From assembly GCA_048128005.1 (NCBI GenBank), contig JBEUKZ010000093.1:372001-436000 (forward strand): a stretch of 64,000 bases of DNA. The letters are read 5' to 3'. This DNA is from Veleropilina oligotropha (taxonomy: Eukaryota). Position 1 is the first letter of the stretch. Each line of letters opens with the position of its first letter. The notes beneath the pieces are model-generated. The model saw nothing but the letters and a program-made list of their open reading frames with translations, was not told the origin of the DNA and did no database searches. Of this stretch, positions 1 through 10,279 are shown one piece after another. Both the position numbers and the translations under genes were made by a program.

Positions 1-217
1 CTTGCCATATATACAACATTAAATGTTTGTAATTATTATGGTTATATAATAATATTAATATAGCACAATAATGTCATGGCAAAGCAGTAAATATTTAGTG
101 GCGGATATGTAAACAATTCTCTAGGAGTTCCGAAGGCCTGGTATATTATGATTTATTTTGTCTTATGAAATTTACTATGAAAATACGATCAGAAAGATAA
201 ATGGAGGATGTACACAC

Positions 218-850
218 CAGGGTCTAATTCAGGACGAGGCGAAATGTTGAAAATTGGGGGGGGGGCGGCAATAGCGAACGGCCGAAGGCCGTGAGCATTG
301 AGGGCCCGAAGTTCCTAGGGGGGGGGGGGTTCGGGGGCATGCCCCCCCCGGAATTTTTTTAATTGTAGACGGTCTTAGATGCGTTTTCCTGCATTCTGGG
401 CTATATATTGACCATTTTATTTGCCTCATAATTGGAGACAGGTATGCCTACTTCAATAGTGGGGGGGGGGGGGAGCAAAATCATACTTCTGCCCCCCCCC
501 CCCCCCCCTACACTTCCTACGCCTATGCCTGCGGATACTTGAACAGAACATACTTGACACGTTCGAAGTTTTCGCAAAAAGTGTGTGGCTAAAATATACG
601 GAAGCTAACGTGGATCGTCGTAACAAACTTTATTGAAAACATATCACCTACGTATACGGATGTTAATGGGGAACAATTACACGGTCAACAGTTGGATTTC
701 TCCCCGGATTTTTCTTACTTTATATGATCAATTAATACTAGTTTTTATTTATTTATTAGGTAAGTAATATACAGCAGGAAAATAAACATTTCTTAGGAAA
801 ATAGGACCGAGGCAGTAGCCTCGGTTGCCTCACTGCTAGCTACGGGCCTG
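218..850. mobile_element. Fragments of non-autonomous DNA transposons (MITE-like, possibly Harbinger-type)
   Basis: G/C-run hairpin motifs (ggggttcgggggcatgcccccccggaattt) and MITE-like ends ttcctacgcctatg (~528) and gctacgggcctg (~850). Boundaries uncertain. Confidence 0.35.
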
Positions 851-860
851 CACACCAATG

Positions 861-862
<2 letters not shown>

Positions 863-894
<32 letters not shown>
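863..894. repeat. (AT)n microsatellite
   Basis: Direct reading of the sequence. Confidence 0.95.
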
Positions 895-897
<3 letters not shown>

Positions 898-1400
898 AAT
901 CCTTACATGTTGCACCCTAGAACCTAATATTGATGTCAAAGCAATGAAGTAATTTTCTCATATTAAATACATTTCGTAAATATATATATTTGTTTCTTAG
1001 GTGGGTTGTTATCTTAAAACTTATGCCTCATGTCAGGATTCCATCTTTTCATGGCTGCAAGGATCCAAAAAATTATAATACATAGACGAAATTTATCAGC
1101 AGAAAAGATTGGAATGAAGTGAATATCAACACAAAGGTTTGCAGCAATCGCTTCCTCTTTGGGAGATCATTTCCTAATTCGCTGCATACAACACTATGCA
1201 TGAAAGAATACGACAGACAACATGCACCTACCTCGTAAAATATCAAGTGACAGTCCGAGACATACCGGTACCAACATGAAACAGGTTAAAATAGCACCCA
1301 ATACCGACCATGAATATACACCATGCAGCATGACCGGTTCGCCATCAGATGTCTGTAGTTCAAATGAAAATGGTCATGATATTGTTCGTTCCTCAGCATG

Positions 1401-1919
1401 CTCCTAACAGGACGGTTTTCAACAGACATCCACTTACTCCCAACAGGACGGTTTTCAACAGACATCCACTTACTCCCAACAGGACGGTTTTCAACAGACA
1501 TCCACTTACTCCCAACAGGACGGTTTTCAACAGACATCCACTTACTCCTAACAGGACGGTTTTCAACAGACATCCACTTACTCCTAACAGGATGGTTTTC
1601 AGCAGACATCCACATACTCCCAAAACAGGACGGTTTTCAACAGACATCCACTTACTCCCAACAGGACGGTTTTCAATAGACATCCACATCCTCCCAACAG
1701 GACGGTTTTCAACAGACATCCACTTACTCCTAACAGGACGGTTTTCAGCAGACATCCACTTACTCCTATCAGGACGGTGTTCAACAGACATCCACTTACT
1801 CCCAACAGGACGGTTTGCAACAGACATCCACTTACTCCCAACAGGACGGTTTTCAACAGACATCCACTTACTCCTAACAGGACGGTGTTCAACAGACATC
1901 CACTTACTCCTAACAGGAC
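1401..1919. repeat. 33-bp minisatellite, about 15-16 copies (CTCCYAACAGGACGGTTTTCAACAGACATCCACTTA core)
   Basis: Tandem units with no spacers; they produce the 11-aa periodic ORFs in several frames. Confidence 0.95.
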
Positions 1920-2364
1920 TTTAAAGAACAGCATAATTATGTTAGGATTTCACATGAAGCATGTGATGCCTGTTCAACACTTTTTCAGGATTTAAATGTC
2001 AAGTTTTTGAAATGCTGGAACACATAGCCAGAGATCACATGTCTATCCCTGGTCTGCCTTAAAACTTTATCATAAGATGTTGTCTCCACTTTCCACAGCA
2101 CCAAACGCGATTGGTTAGAGACGACAAATCAGGGTTCGGATGGAAGGTATTTGCTGAATGCAATAAAACTGAAAAATTGTATAACCATGGCACCAGAACT
2201 GTCCTTTATATTATTGTAATATATATTATATAATTTATATGCTGCTGCCAAGTCCTTTATGACCTTATCACCTCTAGTTTTATCAAATAATGCTTTGGTG
2301 TTATGTAGGATCAAATTGGACCTATGCTTAATGTTCTGTATATATTTACAACCAGGTTCAAGGC

Positions 2365-2550
2365 AATACATGCCCATATTATCTCAGAACGAAAGCCCGG
2401 TTAGTCTGGGAAACCCGCCCTTCCGACTAGTTACGAACAACTGTGATTGATAACTGAACAAAGAATGCCATTGCTCCAACCCAGAATCGAACCAATTCCT
2501 GTTCGTTATTGTAATCAAGCCAGTGATTTCATAGTCGGACCATACAACAA
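2365..2550 (-). mobile_element. tRNA-derived SINE copy; related copies at about 19905-19995 (-), 23570-23765 (+), 26195-26385 (-) and 28990-29055 (-)
   Basis: Shared blocks catg.ccatattatc...aaagcccgg...ggaaacc.gcc...agttac..acaactg.gatt.ataact, plus a reverse-strand B-box-like ggttcga. Confidence 0.6.
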
Positions 2551-3041
2551 CCGGAGACCGTACCATTGTGTTATAAAGAATGAGAAAAGGGAATGATTTT
2601 ACTGATTTTATTTTACCATTGGCGGTTAAGCCATCAAAAGCAATATCAGAAAAATAAAAAATAATAATAGAAATAATACACTTAAGGCATATCAAATATA
2701 AAAGAGTATGTATATTCATGTACAGTAATAGCAATATTCAATTCCATGGCCATCAACACAGGAAATTACAATTGGTGCTATATGTATTTACAAAGACACT
2801 TGCGATGATCACCATCATGTTAATAACGTCATTTATCAAACAGGTCGCCAACTCTAGAATTCACATTGAAAGGGTCATCAACCGGTGGAAAGATTTTCAG
2901 ATCTTTCAAAGCTCAGTAAACTTCAGCATGATCGACCTCTTAGGACACATCGGGACCATATGTGCATCTCTTGTGAACCCTCACCAATCCGTAATACCAT
3001 TATGAAAAAATCGAATACAGAGCACAGATGTTATAATTTAC

Positions 3042-3147
3042 AATAATAATAATAATAATAATAATGGACATTTGTATTGCGCCATATCCACCCACGAATG
3101 CATACTCATAGCGCTACATTGATATAAATAAACGAGTTATACGTAAT
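3042..3147 (-). mobile_element. 3' UTR and (ATT)n tail of an L2/CR1-group LINE, separated from its ORF end by the Polinton-like insertion
   Basis: Minus strand reads tgtagcgctatgag...ggcgcaatacaaatgtccattattattatt. A similar tail lies at ~25700-25765 (+). Confidence 0.65.
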
Positions 3148-3583
3148 AGCAGCAGGGGGGGTGACCATACCTTTTATCTGGGGGTGCGGCGAGGGAAATT
3201 AAGGCTCCCAGCACTTTTCAGAATTAATATGGATCTCAACTCAGCAGCAGGGGGTGATCATACCTTTTATAATGGGAAAATACAGCGCCCAGCACCTGTT
3301 CCGGAGGGGGGTGACCATACCTTTTATCTGGGGGCGCGGCGGGGGAAATTAAGGCTCCCAGCACTTTTCAGAATTAATATGGATCTCAACTCAGCAGCAG
3401 GGGGGGTGATTGACTTTTTAGAATGGGAAAATACAGCGCCCAGCACTATTTCAGAACTCAGGGTAGCTCGGACTAGTCAGCAGGGGAGTTTAGACTAGGG
3501 CCCCGGGGCGACCGGGAAGGCTCCCAGCTATATTTCAGACCCCGGGGTATATCGTGTATTACAAAAAAGTTACCGTGTGTACA
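3148..3583 (+). repeat. Left terminal inverted repeat (starts AGCAGCAGG; contains a 150-bp internal tandem duplication)
   Basis: Reverse complement of 18578-19016, near-perfect to ~3543 and imperfect to 3583. Confidence 0.95.
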
Positions 3584-3641
3584 GCGACATAGAGCCCCCA
3601 GGGACGGCCCGCATAATATCTATTAGAGACTGGTATATACA

Positions 3642-3935
3642 ATGATAACCGCTATCAATATGTGGGGAACGGACACCTGTCAATGGCTCACCATCAGCTC
3701 CACGGAGCTATGTGGTAAGAGATGTCTGAACACGTATTGCAAAGTCCATCTGGCTCGGCAACGGCGAAATGGCTGGGTCACAAAGCCCTGCATCAAATGC
3801 GGCAAAGGCGTCTTCAACCGGTTTACGTTGTGTAAGGGCTGTGGGTATAAGAGTGAGAACGGTATGGACTGGCAACGAAAGAAAAGGGCCTTCGAGAGAG
3901 AGTTTCTCCGCATGGCTGCAATTTACCACGCGTAA
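3642..3935 (+). CDS. Small Cys/His-rich putative zinc-binding protein (97 aa)
   Basis: ATG start, C..C..C..CxxH and CxxC..CxxC spacing; first ORF inside the TIR. Confidence 0.6.
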   Translation: MITAINMWGTDTCQWLTISSTELCGKRCLNTYCKVHLARQRRNGWVTKPCIKCGKGVFNRFTLCKGCGYKSENGMDWQRKKRAFEREFLRMAAIYHA

Positions 3936-3983
3936 ATTTCATATTAGAGAAGTAAAGATCCTAGTGTGTACCCCCCCAGCAAC

Positions 3984-6900
3984 ATGGATGACCTGCGCAA
4001 TCTAGCGAAAGATTATGGGATTCCCGCTCGGTCGAAGCTCAAGAAGCACGACCTCATCAGGGCAATCGCCAGGGTCCGTGCTGCGGAGTTTCGGAGCAGA
4101 CTCGAGCGGGCGATGAAAACGGGAAGGTTCCCCTCCATACGTGGAGATGTGGAGAACCCCCACAAAAGAGGCCGACGTGCTCGCGAGTTGCGGCAGATTA
4201 AGGACGAGGTCGACGCCGCCCTGCAGGCTCGTAAATACGAATCCCAGGCTGAGAAAAATCCCAGGATTCGACTGAAGCCACTTCGCGCCATCGCGGATCG
4301 AATCGTCAAGCGGTCTCGGAAAGAGACCCTTGCCCATGCTATTGCTCGGAAGGGGCCCGATCTTCTCATCTCCAAAACGCCCCGGACAGCCCAGGACTAC
4401 CAGAAGGATCTTCTAGGGCAATTTACCACACCCGAGGGACAACGATTCATCGACCTGGATGACCAGGTCCCTCCCCCAGTAAGGCTCCCAGCAAAAGAGC
4501 CATGGGTGGAACTCTTGAGCGACGCCAAAGACGAGTTTGAGGTCGATGGCGCCGCGGCGGCTTTCTCCACATGGAGGGTAGAAGTGGCTGGACGGCTGGC
4601 CCTGGATGCCCGTATGACAGATGCAAGGGCGGCACAGCTCCTCACAGCCCTTCCAAAGGGCGAGTATGTCCTTAGAATAAAGTTCTTGCGTGAGTGGGGT
4701 GAAGGTGACTGGGTGGTCGAAGACAAGTTTGACCCGGTGAAAGCTGCGAGGAAGAAGGGCCAGGGTGTCTTTGAGATCTCTCAGGACACTAAGCCGGGTG
4801 CTATCACTGGGGTCGACAAGGTCTACTACGAGAATGCCTACCCGGTCACTGCAGTCGTCTACGGCGTCTATCCTCTCAGAGAACCAAACCCCGCCAACCT
4901 GGTTCCGATGAAGAACGGCGACCTCAACTGCGTTGCCCAACGAGTGGTTGAGCACTTCGAAGGTGCCCTTAGAGGACACGGACTCACCCCGACAAGGCGG
5001 CAGAAAATACTGGAGTGGGAAGAGCGAGTCCATGTAACAGGCGCCACTGTGGATGATATAGCTACCCTCGAGAAGATCCTCAAACGGGCGATCACCTTGA
5101 GAGACATTGCAGGTGCCGACATCTACAACAGTGGGAAATACCAGGCCAGTATGTGGAAGTCCATAGAACTCGTCTGTCACAACGGCCACGCCTGGTCGAA
5201 GGACCTACACTTCCCGCAAAGTAGAGAGGTCCACCTGTATGAGGGCGATGTCTGGGAAGCTATTCGACAAGCCACACAGAATGAGCCATTGGCTGTCTGG
5301 CTCCTAGGCGGTAAAGACCGACAGCTCGGCGTGGACCAGTTCGTGCTGCAAGATGGCCGCACTTACCGGACAAAAGAGGCTCACGAGAGACTCCAAGAAG
5401 CCTGTACAGCGCTGGGGAATGAGTCCCTAGCCGATCGAGCCTTTGGCGTGAACCATGCAGCTAGCATTATGGCTAAGGAGACCAACGGCTGGAAACCCAC
5501 CCCAGCGGCCCTGCTCGATGACATCCAGAAGGCCTGTGTAGAGCATGGCCACGGCGGCCTGTGGAATTCCATGAATTACGACACGGGCGATGTCTGCTGC
5601 ATCGATATGAAATCCTGCTACCCTGCAAGCTTTCTGGGGAAGGGCGAGGCTAAGCCGTACTTCGAAAGATTCGGGCACCCAACCCACAGCATGACCCGGG
5701 TCGCAATTAACGGTCCTCTTCCCGAAGATATCGGCACCGGGTTTGCTGAGGTCGTGGAATGGGAGTTCGCACAAGACATCCACCCCGTCATTGTAGCATG
5801 GTTCGGGAAGCACTTTGCAGAGAATGGATGGGCACCAACCCCGCTGCTCGCCTTCCTCATAGACTCTGGACTGCTAAAAAGCCTCAAGATCCGAGAAGCC
5901 ATCATCGCATTCAAAAAGCAGACCGATGTCTGGCTTCCTCCGGATCGTGACCAGGGCTGCAGTATCATCGGCAAATTCACCCAAGGCGCCAAAGCTGACG
6001 GAAAGCGATTGACTCGTAGACTGGTGACCGACCAGGGTGAGCTCGACTTCCTCGTAAGAGACACCCGCCAAAGCGGCACCCTGGTTGGCGCTCCTCAGAG
6101 ATGCCCTATGGGGCACATCCTCACGTACTATGATGGCTCCCAGCCTCAGTACGCCCACCTGAGGGCGTCCATGTTGGCCTATGCCCACATAAACCTCTTG
6201 AGCATGCTTCAGCGTTTCAGTGCAGCAGAAGCCGTCCGAGTAGCCACTGACAGCATCTACCTCAAGAAGGCCTCGTTGGAGAAGCTCGACGATGTCACGG
6301 TGTACGTTGCCCCCAGACTCTGCGGCTGTGGCGAGAAATCGTGCATCTCATGTCTGATCGCGGAGCCGTACCTTCCGCCAGTAGCACCAGCCCAGTGGCG
6401 TGACAAGGGCGAACAGCTGTATATGCCACAGGAACATGCCGCATACCTACCCAAGCCAGAGTATTGTTGTGCCGCCAATTCCAGCCAGCCGAGCACCGCG
6501 CCATGCTACAATGACACACTGACCCACCATCGCCTGAGTTACCTCAACGGTGGAGGGGGCTGTGGCAAGACTACGAGAGCGATCGAGCTCTTTCGGGCAA
6601 GGAATCCCGTCGTGTTCACACCAACCCACCGCCTCGCTAAAGAGATGCGGACCAGAGGCGTCAAAGCCCAGACCTACCACAGCTTCTTCCGATGGAGCGG
6701 CCAGAATGACTGGACGCCTGACCGCATGGGTCAGAAGTTCATCCCGCGCGTCATTATCTGGGACGAGGTCTGTACTGTTCCCCGGGCTATTCTAGAGATG
6801 TTCTTGGACTGGCTGGGCCGCCACGAAGTGCAGGTTATCTGCTGTGGTGATCAAGGCCAGCCACCACCGATTACGGGCGAGATGCCGCACGATTGGCTGC

Positions 6901-7820
6901 GAAAGACCGCGGACTACTATGAAGAGATCGAAGTAGACTACAGGGCGAAAGACGACCCTGCCCTCCAAGCCCTGAAAAGACGTATCCGTCTCCAGCCCGA
7001 CAAAGTCCAGTGCGACGAGATGCGACGGACCCTCCCCAGCTGCCTCGGATGGGACCGGTTCGTCAACACCTGGAAGCCAGGCGACCTAATCCTCACAAGC
7101 CGTCAGAAGGTCCGCGAACGGGCTCAAGAGCTGTTGCTCCAGAGGCACAAGGAGCACTTCCCAGACTCCATGGTGCCTATCCTGTACCACCCCAGGGACA
7201 GCAGAAAACAGAACATCATGGTAACCATTCCGGGCACCAGCGACAGAGAGGAGCTAGTTCTGAATGACGTCGTCGAGGTCACCATTGAGGCCGCTGAGCG
7301 GGCTATCCTGACCCCGGATTGGCGCCTGGGCTATGCCCTGACCATCCATTCGAGCCAGGGTCTTACGATTCACGACCCACAGAAAGTCTGGATCATCGAC
7401 GACTACCTTCAGTGGAGTAATCTCGCCTACCTAGCCGTGTCCCGGGTGGAGCTGCTGCGTCAGCTCGAACGGGTAACCTGTCCACCGGATGAGGGTTCTG
7501 AGGACAAGCCCCGGCCCCAAACCGAGCAACAGCTCCGAAAGACCATCCAGAAAAAGCTTGTGGCGTACAAACGCCAGGACCAGGCAACGGGACTCCCGGG
7601 GTTTAACCTCAAGGTCGACGACATCCTGCGGCTCAGAGAGGCCCAAAACAACCGCTGCGCAGCATGCAACATAGAGCTGCTCTGGGCATATTCCCCGAAG
7701 GACACACAGCAGTTCAGTGTCGACCGTGTGGACAACAGCAGGGGCCACACCCGCGACAACGTGCGCTTAACGTGTCTGGAATGTAACCGGAAACGAGGAT
7801 TTGCGGTTGTTAACGCCTGA
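3984..7820 (+). CDS. Replicase polyprotein: HeH/Rho-N-like, candidate terminal protein, vOTU-like protease, divergent family B DNA polymerase, SF1 (Pif1/RecD-like) helicase, HNH-like domain
   Basis: PolB motif A IDMKSCYP, motif B-like CSIIGKF, motif C VATDSIY. Helicase motifs GGGGCGKT, IWDEV, GDQGQPPPI, YALTIHSSQGLT, AYLAVSR. C-terminal CAAC..SVDRVDNSRGH..NVRLTCLECN. First ATG at 3984. Confidence 0.88.
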   Translation: MDDLRNLAKDYGIPARSKLKKHDLIRAIARVRAAEFRSRLERAMKTGRFPSIRGDVENPHKRGRRARELRQIKDEVDAALQARKYESQAEKNPRIRLKPLRAIADRIVKRSRKETLAHAIARKGPDLLISKTPRTAQDYQKDLLGQFTTPEGQRFIDLDDQVPPPVRLPAKEPWVELLSDAKDEFEVDGAAAAFSTWRVEVAGRLALDARMTDARAAQLLTALPKGEYVLRIKFLREWGEGDWVVEDKFDPVKAARKKGQGVFEISQDTKPGAITGVDKVYYENAYPVTAVVYGVYPLREPNPANLVPMKNGDLNCVAQRVVEHFEGALRGHGLTPTRRQKILEWEERVHVTGATVDDIATLEKILKRAITLRDIAGADIYNSGKYQASMWKSIELVCHNGHAWSKDLHFPQSREVHLYEGDVWEAIRQATQNEPLAVWLLGGKDRQLGVDQFVLQDGRTYRTKEAHERLQEACTALGNESLADRAFGVNHAASIMAKETNGWKPTPAALLDDIQKACVEHGHGGLWNSMNYDTGDVCCIDMKSCYPASFLGKGEAKPYFERFGHPTHSMTRVAINGPLPEDIGTGFAEVVEWEFAQDIHPVIVAWFGKHFAENGWAPTPLLAFLIDSGLLKSLKIREAIIAFKKQTDVWLPPDRDQGCSIIGKFTQGAKADGKRLTRRLVTDQGELDFLVRDTRQSGTLVGAPQRCPMGHILTYYDGSQPQYAHLRASMLAYAHINLLSMLQRFSAAEAVRVATDSIYLKKASLEKLDDVTVYVAPRLCGCGEKSCISCLIAEPYLPPVAPAQWRDKGEQLYMPQEHAAYLPKPEYCCAANSSQPSTAPCYNDTLTHHRLSYLNGGGGCGKTTRAIELFRARNPVVFTPTHRLAKEMRTRGVKAQTYHSFFRWSGQNDWTPDRMGQKFIPRVIIWDEVCTVPRAILEMFLDWLGRHEVQVICCGDQGQPPPITGEMPHDWLRKTADYYEEIEVDYRAKDDPALQALKRRIRLQPDKVQCDEMRRTLPSCLGWDRFVNTWKPGDLILTSRQKVRERAQELLLQRHKEHFPDSMVPILYHPRDSRKQNIMVTIPGTSDREELVLNDVVEVTIEAAERAILTPDWRLGYALTIHSSQGLTIHDPQKVWIIDDYLQWSNLAYLAVSRVELLRQLERVTCPPDEGSEDKPRPQTEQQLRKTIQKKLVAYKRQDQATGLPGFNLKVDDILRLREAQNNRCAACNIELLWAYSPKDTQQFSVDRVDNSRGHTRDNVRLTCLECNRKRGFAVVNA

Positions 7821-8808
7821 GAACCGGCGGCAGCTGGGTATCACGAGGCACCACGAGAAGTTCCTCACGAACGAAGCCACGCGGTGGTCCATCCAGCAAG
7901 TAGTAGAGCACAGGCTCGTCAGGCTTAGTGACGGAGCGTCCAAGCCTGTAAACTTTTAGAGACCACACCGGGTCAGTAGCACGGCGATGACCCCCCTCCA
8001 GCTCACCATCGTAGTAAAGGTAGCGAACATCTACGTCAGAGGGGAGTTTCTGTTCCTTCCCCTGTCGGCCTGGAACAGTGGCGCCTGGCTTTTGGGCAAC
8101 GCGAGGTGCCTTGATGGCGTCCTTGGGCTTTTTACCGGTCAGCCTGGTCACTTCCCCATTCAAGGCCGCAACTACAGCTGCTAACCGGGCGACCCACTCA
8201 GTTGACCTTTGACCCTCTTTCGCAGACTCTGCAAACCGCATCTCTGTTGCATACTGGTGCCCGAAGAGCCGCTCAGCGAGCGTCCGGTTGAAGCGCTCCA
8301 CAATGCCCTGATCGCGATGGATATCCACACGGCCACGCCTAACCTCGACGTTATTCTTTGCCAGCAGCTGGGAAACCGCGCCCATAAACTCTCGCCCTGG
8401 ATCGACTTGAAGCAGTTTCGGCCAGCCAAGAGGACTCCGCCTGTAGATTCGGGCTAGTGCTTCAGCAACCCCTTTGGCCTCTTTTGTGACCAGAGGCTCA
8501 GCCTCTTTAAAGCGACTGGCCACATCAACCACAGTCAAAGCGTACTTGTATGTTTTACGACCGACCTTGTCATGTGGGAGAAACAGGAGATCGGCTTGGT
8601 GAACCTCGTTCGGCGTTACGACGTCGAATTTTGGTCTTGGAATCCGCCGTGGCGCAGGTAAATAGATCTGCCATATAGCCTGCCTCTTAAGCCATGTCCG
8701 GGCCTCCACTTCAGACGCCTTGGCAGCCTCCGCTAGTTTCTTTATCGCGGCAATGCCTTTCCAGTAGCCCTTAGGGCTGTAGTACATCCTCGCAAGCTTA
8801 CTATCCAT
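7810..8808 (-). CDS. Retroviral-like (rve) DDE integrase of Polinton type
   Basis: HQADLLFL, LTVVDVASRF, LQVDPGREF and GIVERFNRTL give the D-D-E triad. ATG at 8808. Confidence 0.93.
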   Translation of the reverse strand: MDSKLARMYYSPKGYWKGIAAIKKLAEAAKASEVEARTWLKRQAIWQIYLPAPRRIPRPKFDVVTPNEVHQADLLFLPHDKVGRKTYKYALTVVDVASRFKEAEPLVTKEAKGVAEALARIYRRSPLGWPKLLQVDPGREFMGAVSQLLAKNNVEVRRGRVDIHRDQGIVERFNRTLAERLFGHQYATEMRFAESAKEGQRSTEWVARLAAVVAALNGEVTRLTGKKPKDAIKAPRVAQKPGATVPGRQGKEQKLPSDVDVRYLYYDGELEGGHRRATDPVWSLKVYRLGRSVTKPDEPVLYYLLDGPPRGFVREELLVVPRDTQLPPVLRR

Positions 8809-9022
8809 CAGCAATGTATTCCAGTAAACTGATCAGTCTCCAACAGGCTTCAGCTTCCGGAGCCGGTCGCTGCGCAGTGGTCGCCCGTAGGTTGGTCGGG
8901 CCCGAGAGCACCAGGACCGCGAACCGCACCATAGTCTTTTCGTCGCGGCGCCAGCAGTCGAGTAACGTAGTACTATAGCCGACCGCAAGCATAGCGCAGT
9001 ACAGCTCTTCTGGGAGCCCCAT
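8801..9022 (-). CDS. Small hypothetical viral protein (73 aa)
   Basis: ATG at 9022 (MGLPEEL...); fills the gap between neighbours and overlaps the integrase start by 8 nt. Confidence 0.4.
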   Translation of the reverse strand: MGLPEELYCAMLAVGYSTTLLDCWRRDEKTMVRFAVLVLSGPTNLRATTAQRPAPEAEACWRLISLLEYIADG

Positions 9023-9062
9023 TACTATACATGCCAACGAAAAAAATGTCCACTGGAAATAA

Positions 9063-9491
9063 TTAGGCGAGCTTGTAGGCGACCAACCCGGTCGCAGCCA
9101 TCCCCAGGATGATGAAGGTGATCTCACGTCCCTTCTGGCCATCGCTCGGTGTGTAGTAGTCAGACAGGGCGGGCTCAGGGCCACCCCCCAGGTCGGGGTC
9201 AAGGTTCTTGCCGGTGATCAATGCATACTCACGGATCGCGGCGTCAACATCCCGGAATGTGCCAACGGCATGACCCTGGCGGCGAAGTTCAACGTTCAGC
9301 CAGTCGAGACGCTCTGCCCTCTGTTGTGACCATTTAGTCTGAGCAGCGTTGAGCTGTTCTACAGCAATGTCGTGGCGTTTACGCTCCGCATCGACACCGG
9401 AGCTGCGTAGCTTCGAGAAGAGGAAGTTGGAGCCGCTGAAGGCGAGGGCGTTGACGAGAGCGCCCCCAACCAGCATCGCAATGGAAGCCAT
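9063..9491 (-). CDS. Membrane protein with hydrophobic N-terminus, central helical region and C-terminal TM (142 aa)
   Basis: MASIAMLVGGALVNALAFSGSNFLF and ITFIILGMAATGLVAYKLA. Confidence 0.75.
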   Translation of the reverse strand: MASIAMLVGGALVNALAFSGSNFLFSKLRSSGVDAERKRHDIAVEQLNAAQTKWSQQRAERLDWLNVELRRQGHAVGTFRDVDAAIREYALITGKNLDPDLGGGPEPALSDYYTPSDGQKGREITFIILGMAATGLVAYKLA

Positions 9492-9522
9492 TGAAATGCT
9501 GCGATTATCTAGCAAGGTCCCA

Positions 9523-9762
9523 CTACTTCAATATATCGGCCGGAATGATGCCTTGCTTGATCAGCATGTCTTTCGTCGCCATGGCGAGCGATACGTCGAG
9601 GACGACCATCCCGACATCGTACCCCGTGAAGTCCAGTTTGGGGCTCGCTCCCTTGAATACCATCTTTGTCAGGCGTGCGTAGCCTATGGCGAGGCCTGAC
9701 ACTATAGCGGCGTGGTATACAGCGTTGCCGAGCATCTTTCCATCAGTGATTGGGGTAGTCAT
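9523..9762 (-). CDS. Small hydrophobic protein (79 aa)
   Basis: Two apolar segments (AVYHAAIVSGLAIGYA, VGMVVLDVSLAMAT); tightly packed in the gene run. Confidence 0.7.
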   Translation of the reverse strand: MTTPITDGKMLGNAVYHAAIVSGLAIGYARLTKMVFKGASPKLDFTGYDVGMVVLDVSLAMATKDMLIKQGIIPADILK

Positions 9763-9787
9763 AACTGTTGATTAGTACCGTTTGCGA

Positions 9788-10279
9788 CTATTGCATATGA
9801 AAAGGGTTCTGCTTCTTCAATTCGATAGTGGGGGCGGCCCGAGAGCACCGAGCGTCCGCGTCTGGTGGCTGTTGATGTGGTGTGGATGGACCAGGGTTGC
9901 TGCGTTCTGAGGACGTCTTCCAGACAACAAATACCAACGCAACCGTACCGGCAGCGACGGCTACCTGGGTCCAATTAAATGGGTCCGATTTCCGTGTATC
10001 TGGCGCACACGGTCTTTCTGCGGCTGGAACCGCCTCCCCGGGCTGTTCTGATGGAACGACAACACTTGTTGGGGCACTCAGGTCTTCTTTCATTTTTCGA
10101 ACCGCGGCCAGTAGCTTCTCCTGCTTGGCTTTTCGAGCAGCAGCGCCGGCCCGACCTGCAGCCACTTTTTTCGGGTCCTTTTTACTCACTGATGAGTCCG
10201 TCGAAGAAGTCACCCTCTCTATCGGCTGGCTCTCGATCGGCTGTCTCTCGATCACTTGGTCCACTTCCGGCGTTGTCAT
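9788..10279 (-). CDS. Protein with a basic motif and one TM helix (~163 aa)
   Basis: KKDPKKVAAGRAGAAARKAK and WTQVAVAAGTVALVFVVWK. Probable ATG at 10279 (an upstream ATG also exists). Confidence 0.65.
   Translation of the reverse strand: MTTPEVDQVIERQPIESQPIERVTSSTDSSVSKKDPKKVAAGRAGAAARKAKQEKLLAAVRKMKEDLSAPTSVVVPSEQPGEAVPAAERPCAPDTRKSDPFNWTQVAVAAGTVALVFVVWKTSSERSNPGPSTPHQQPPDADARCSRAAPTIELKKQNPFHMQ

Noticed and set aside
1286..1995. Repetitive ORFs in several frames, or a CRISPR-like array
   Set aside because: Head-to-tail 33-bp minisatellite with no unique spacers; the ORFs arise because the unit is a multiple of 3.
3184..3498. 104-aa ORF in the left TIR
   Set aside because: GTG start, inside noncoding terminal repeats.
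6500..7460. Helitron interpretation of the Pif1-like helicase
   Set aside because: No HUH Rep motifs; the element has TIRs, a TSD, integrase and capsid-like genes.
4002..7759. Many antisense and alternate-frame ORFs within the replicase and other viral genes
   Set aside because: Shadow ORFs of GC-rich coding DNA with no motifs.
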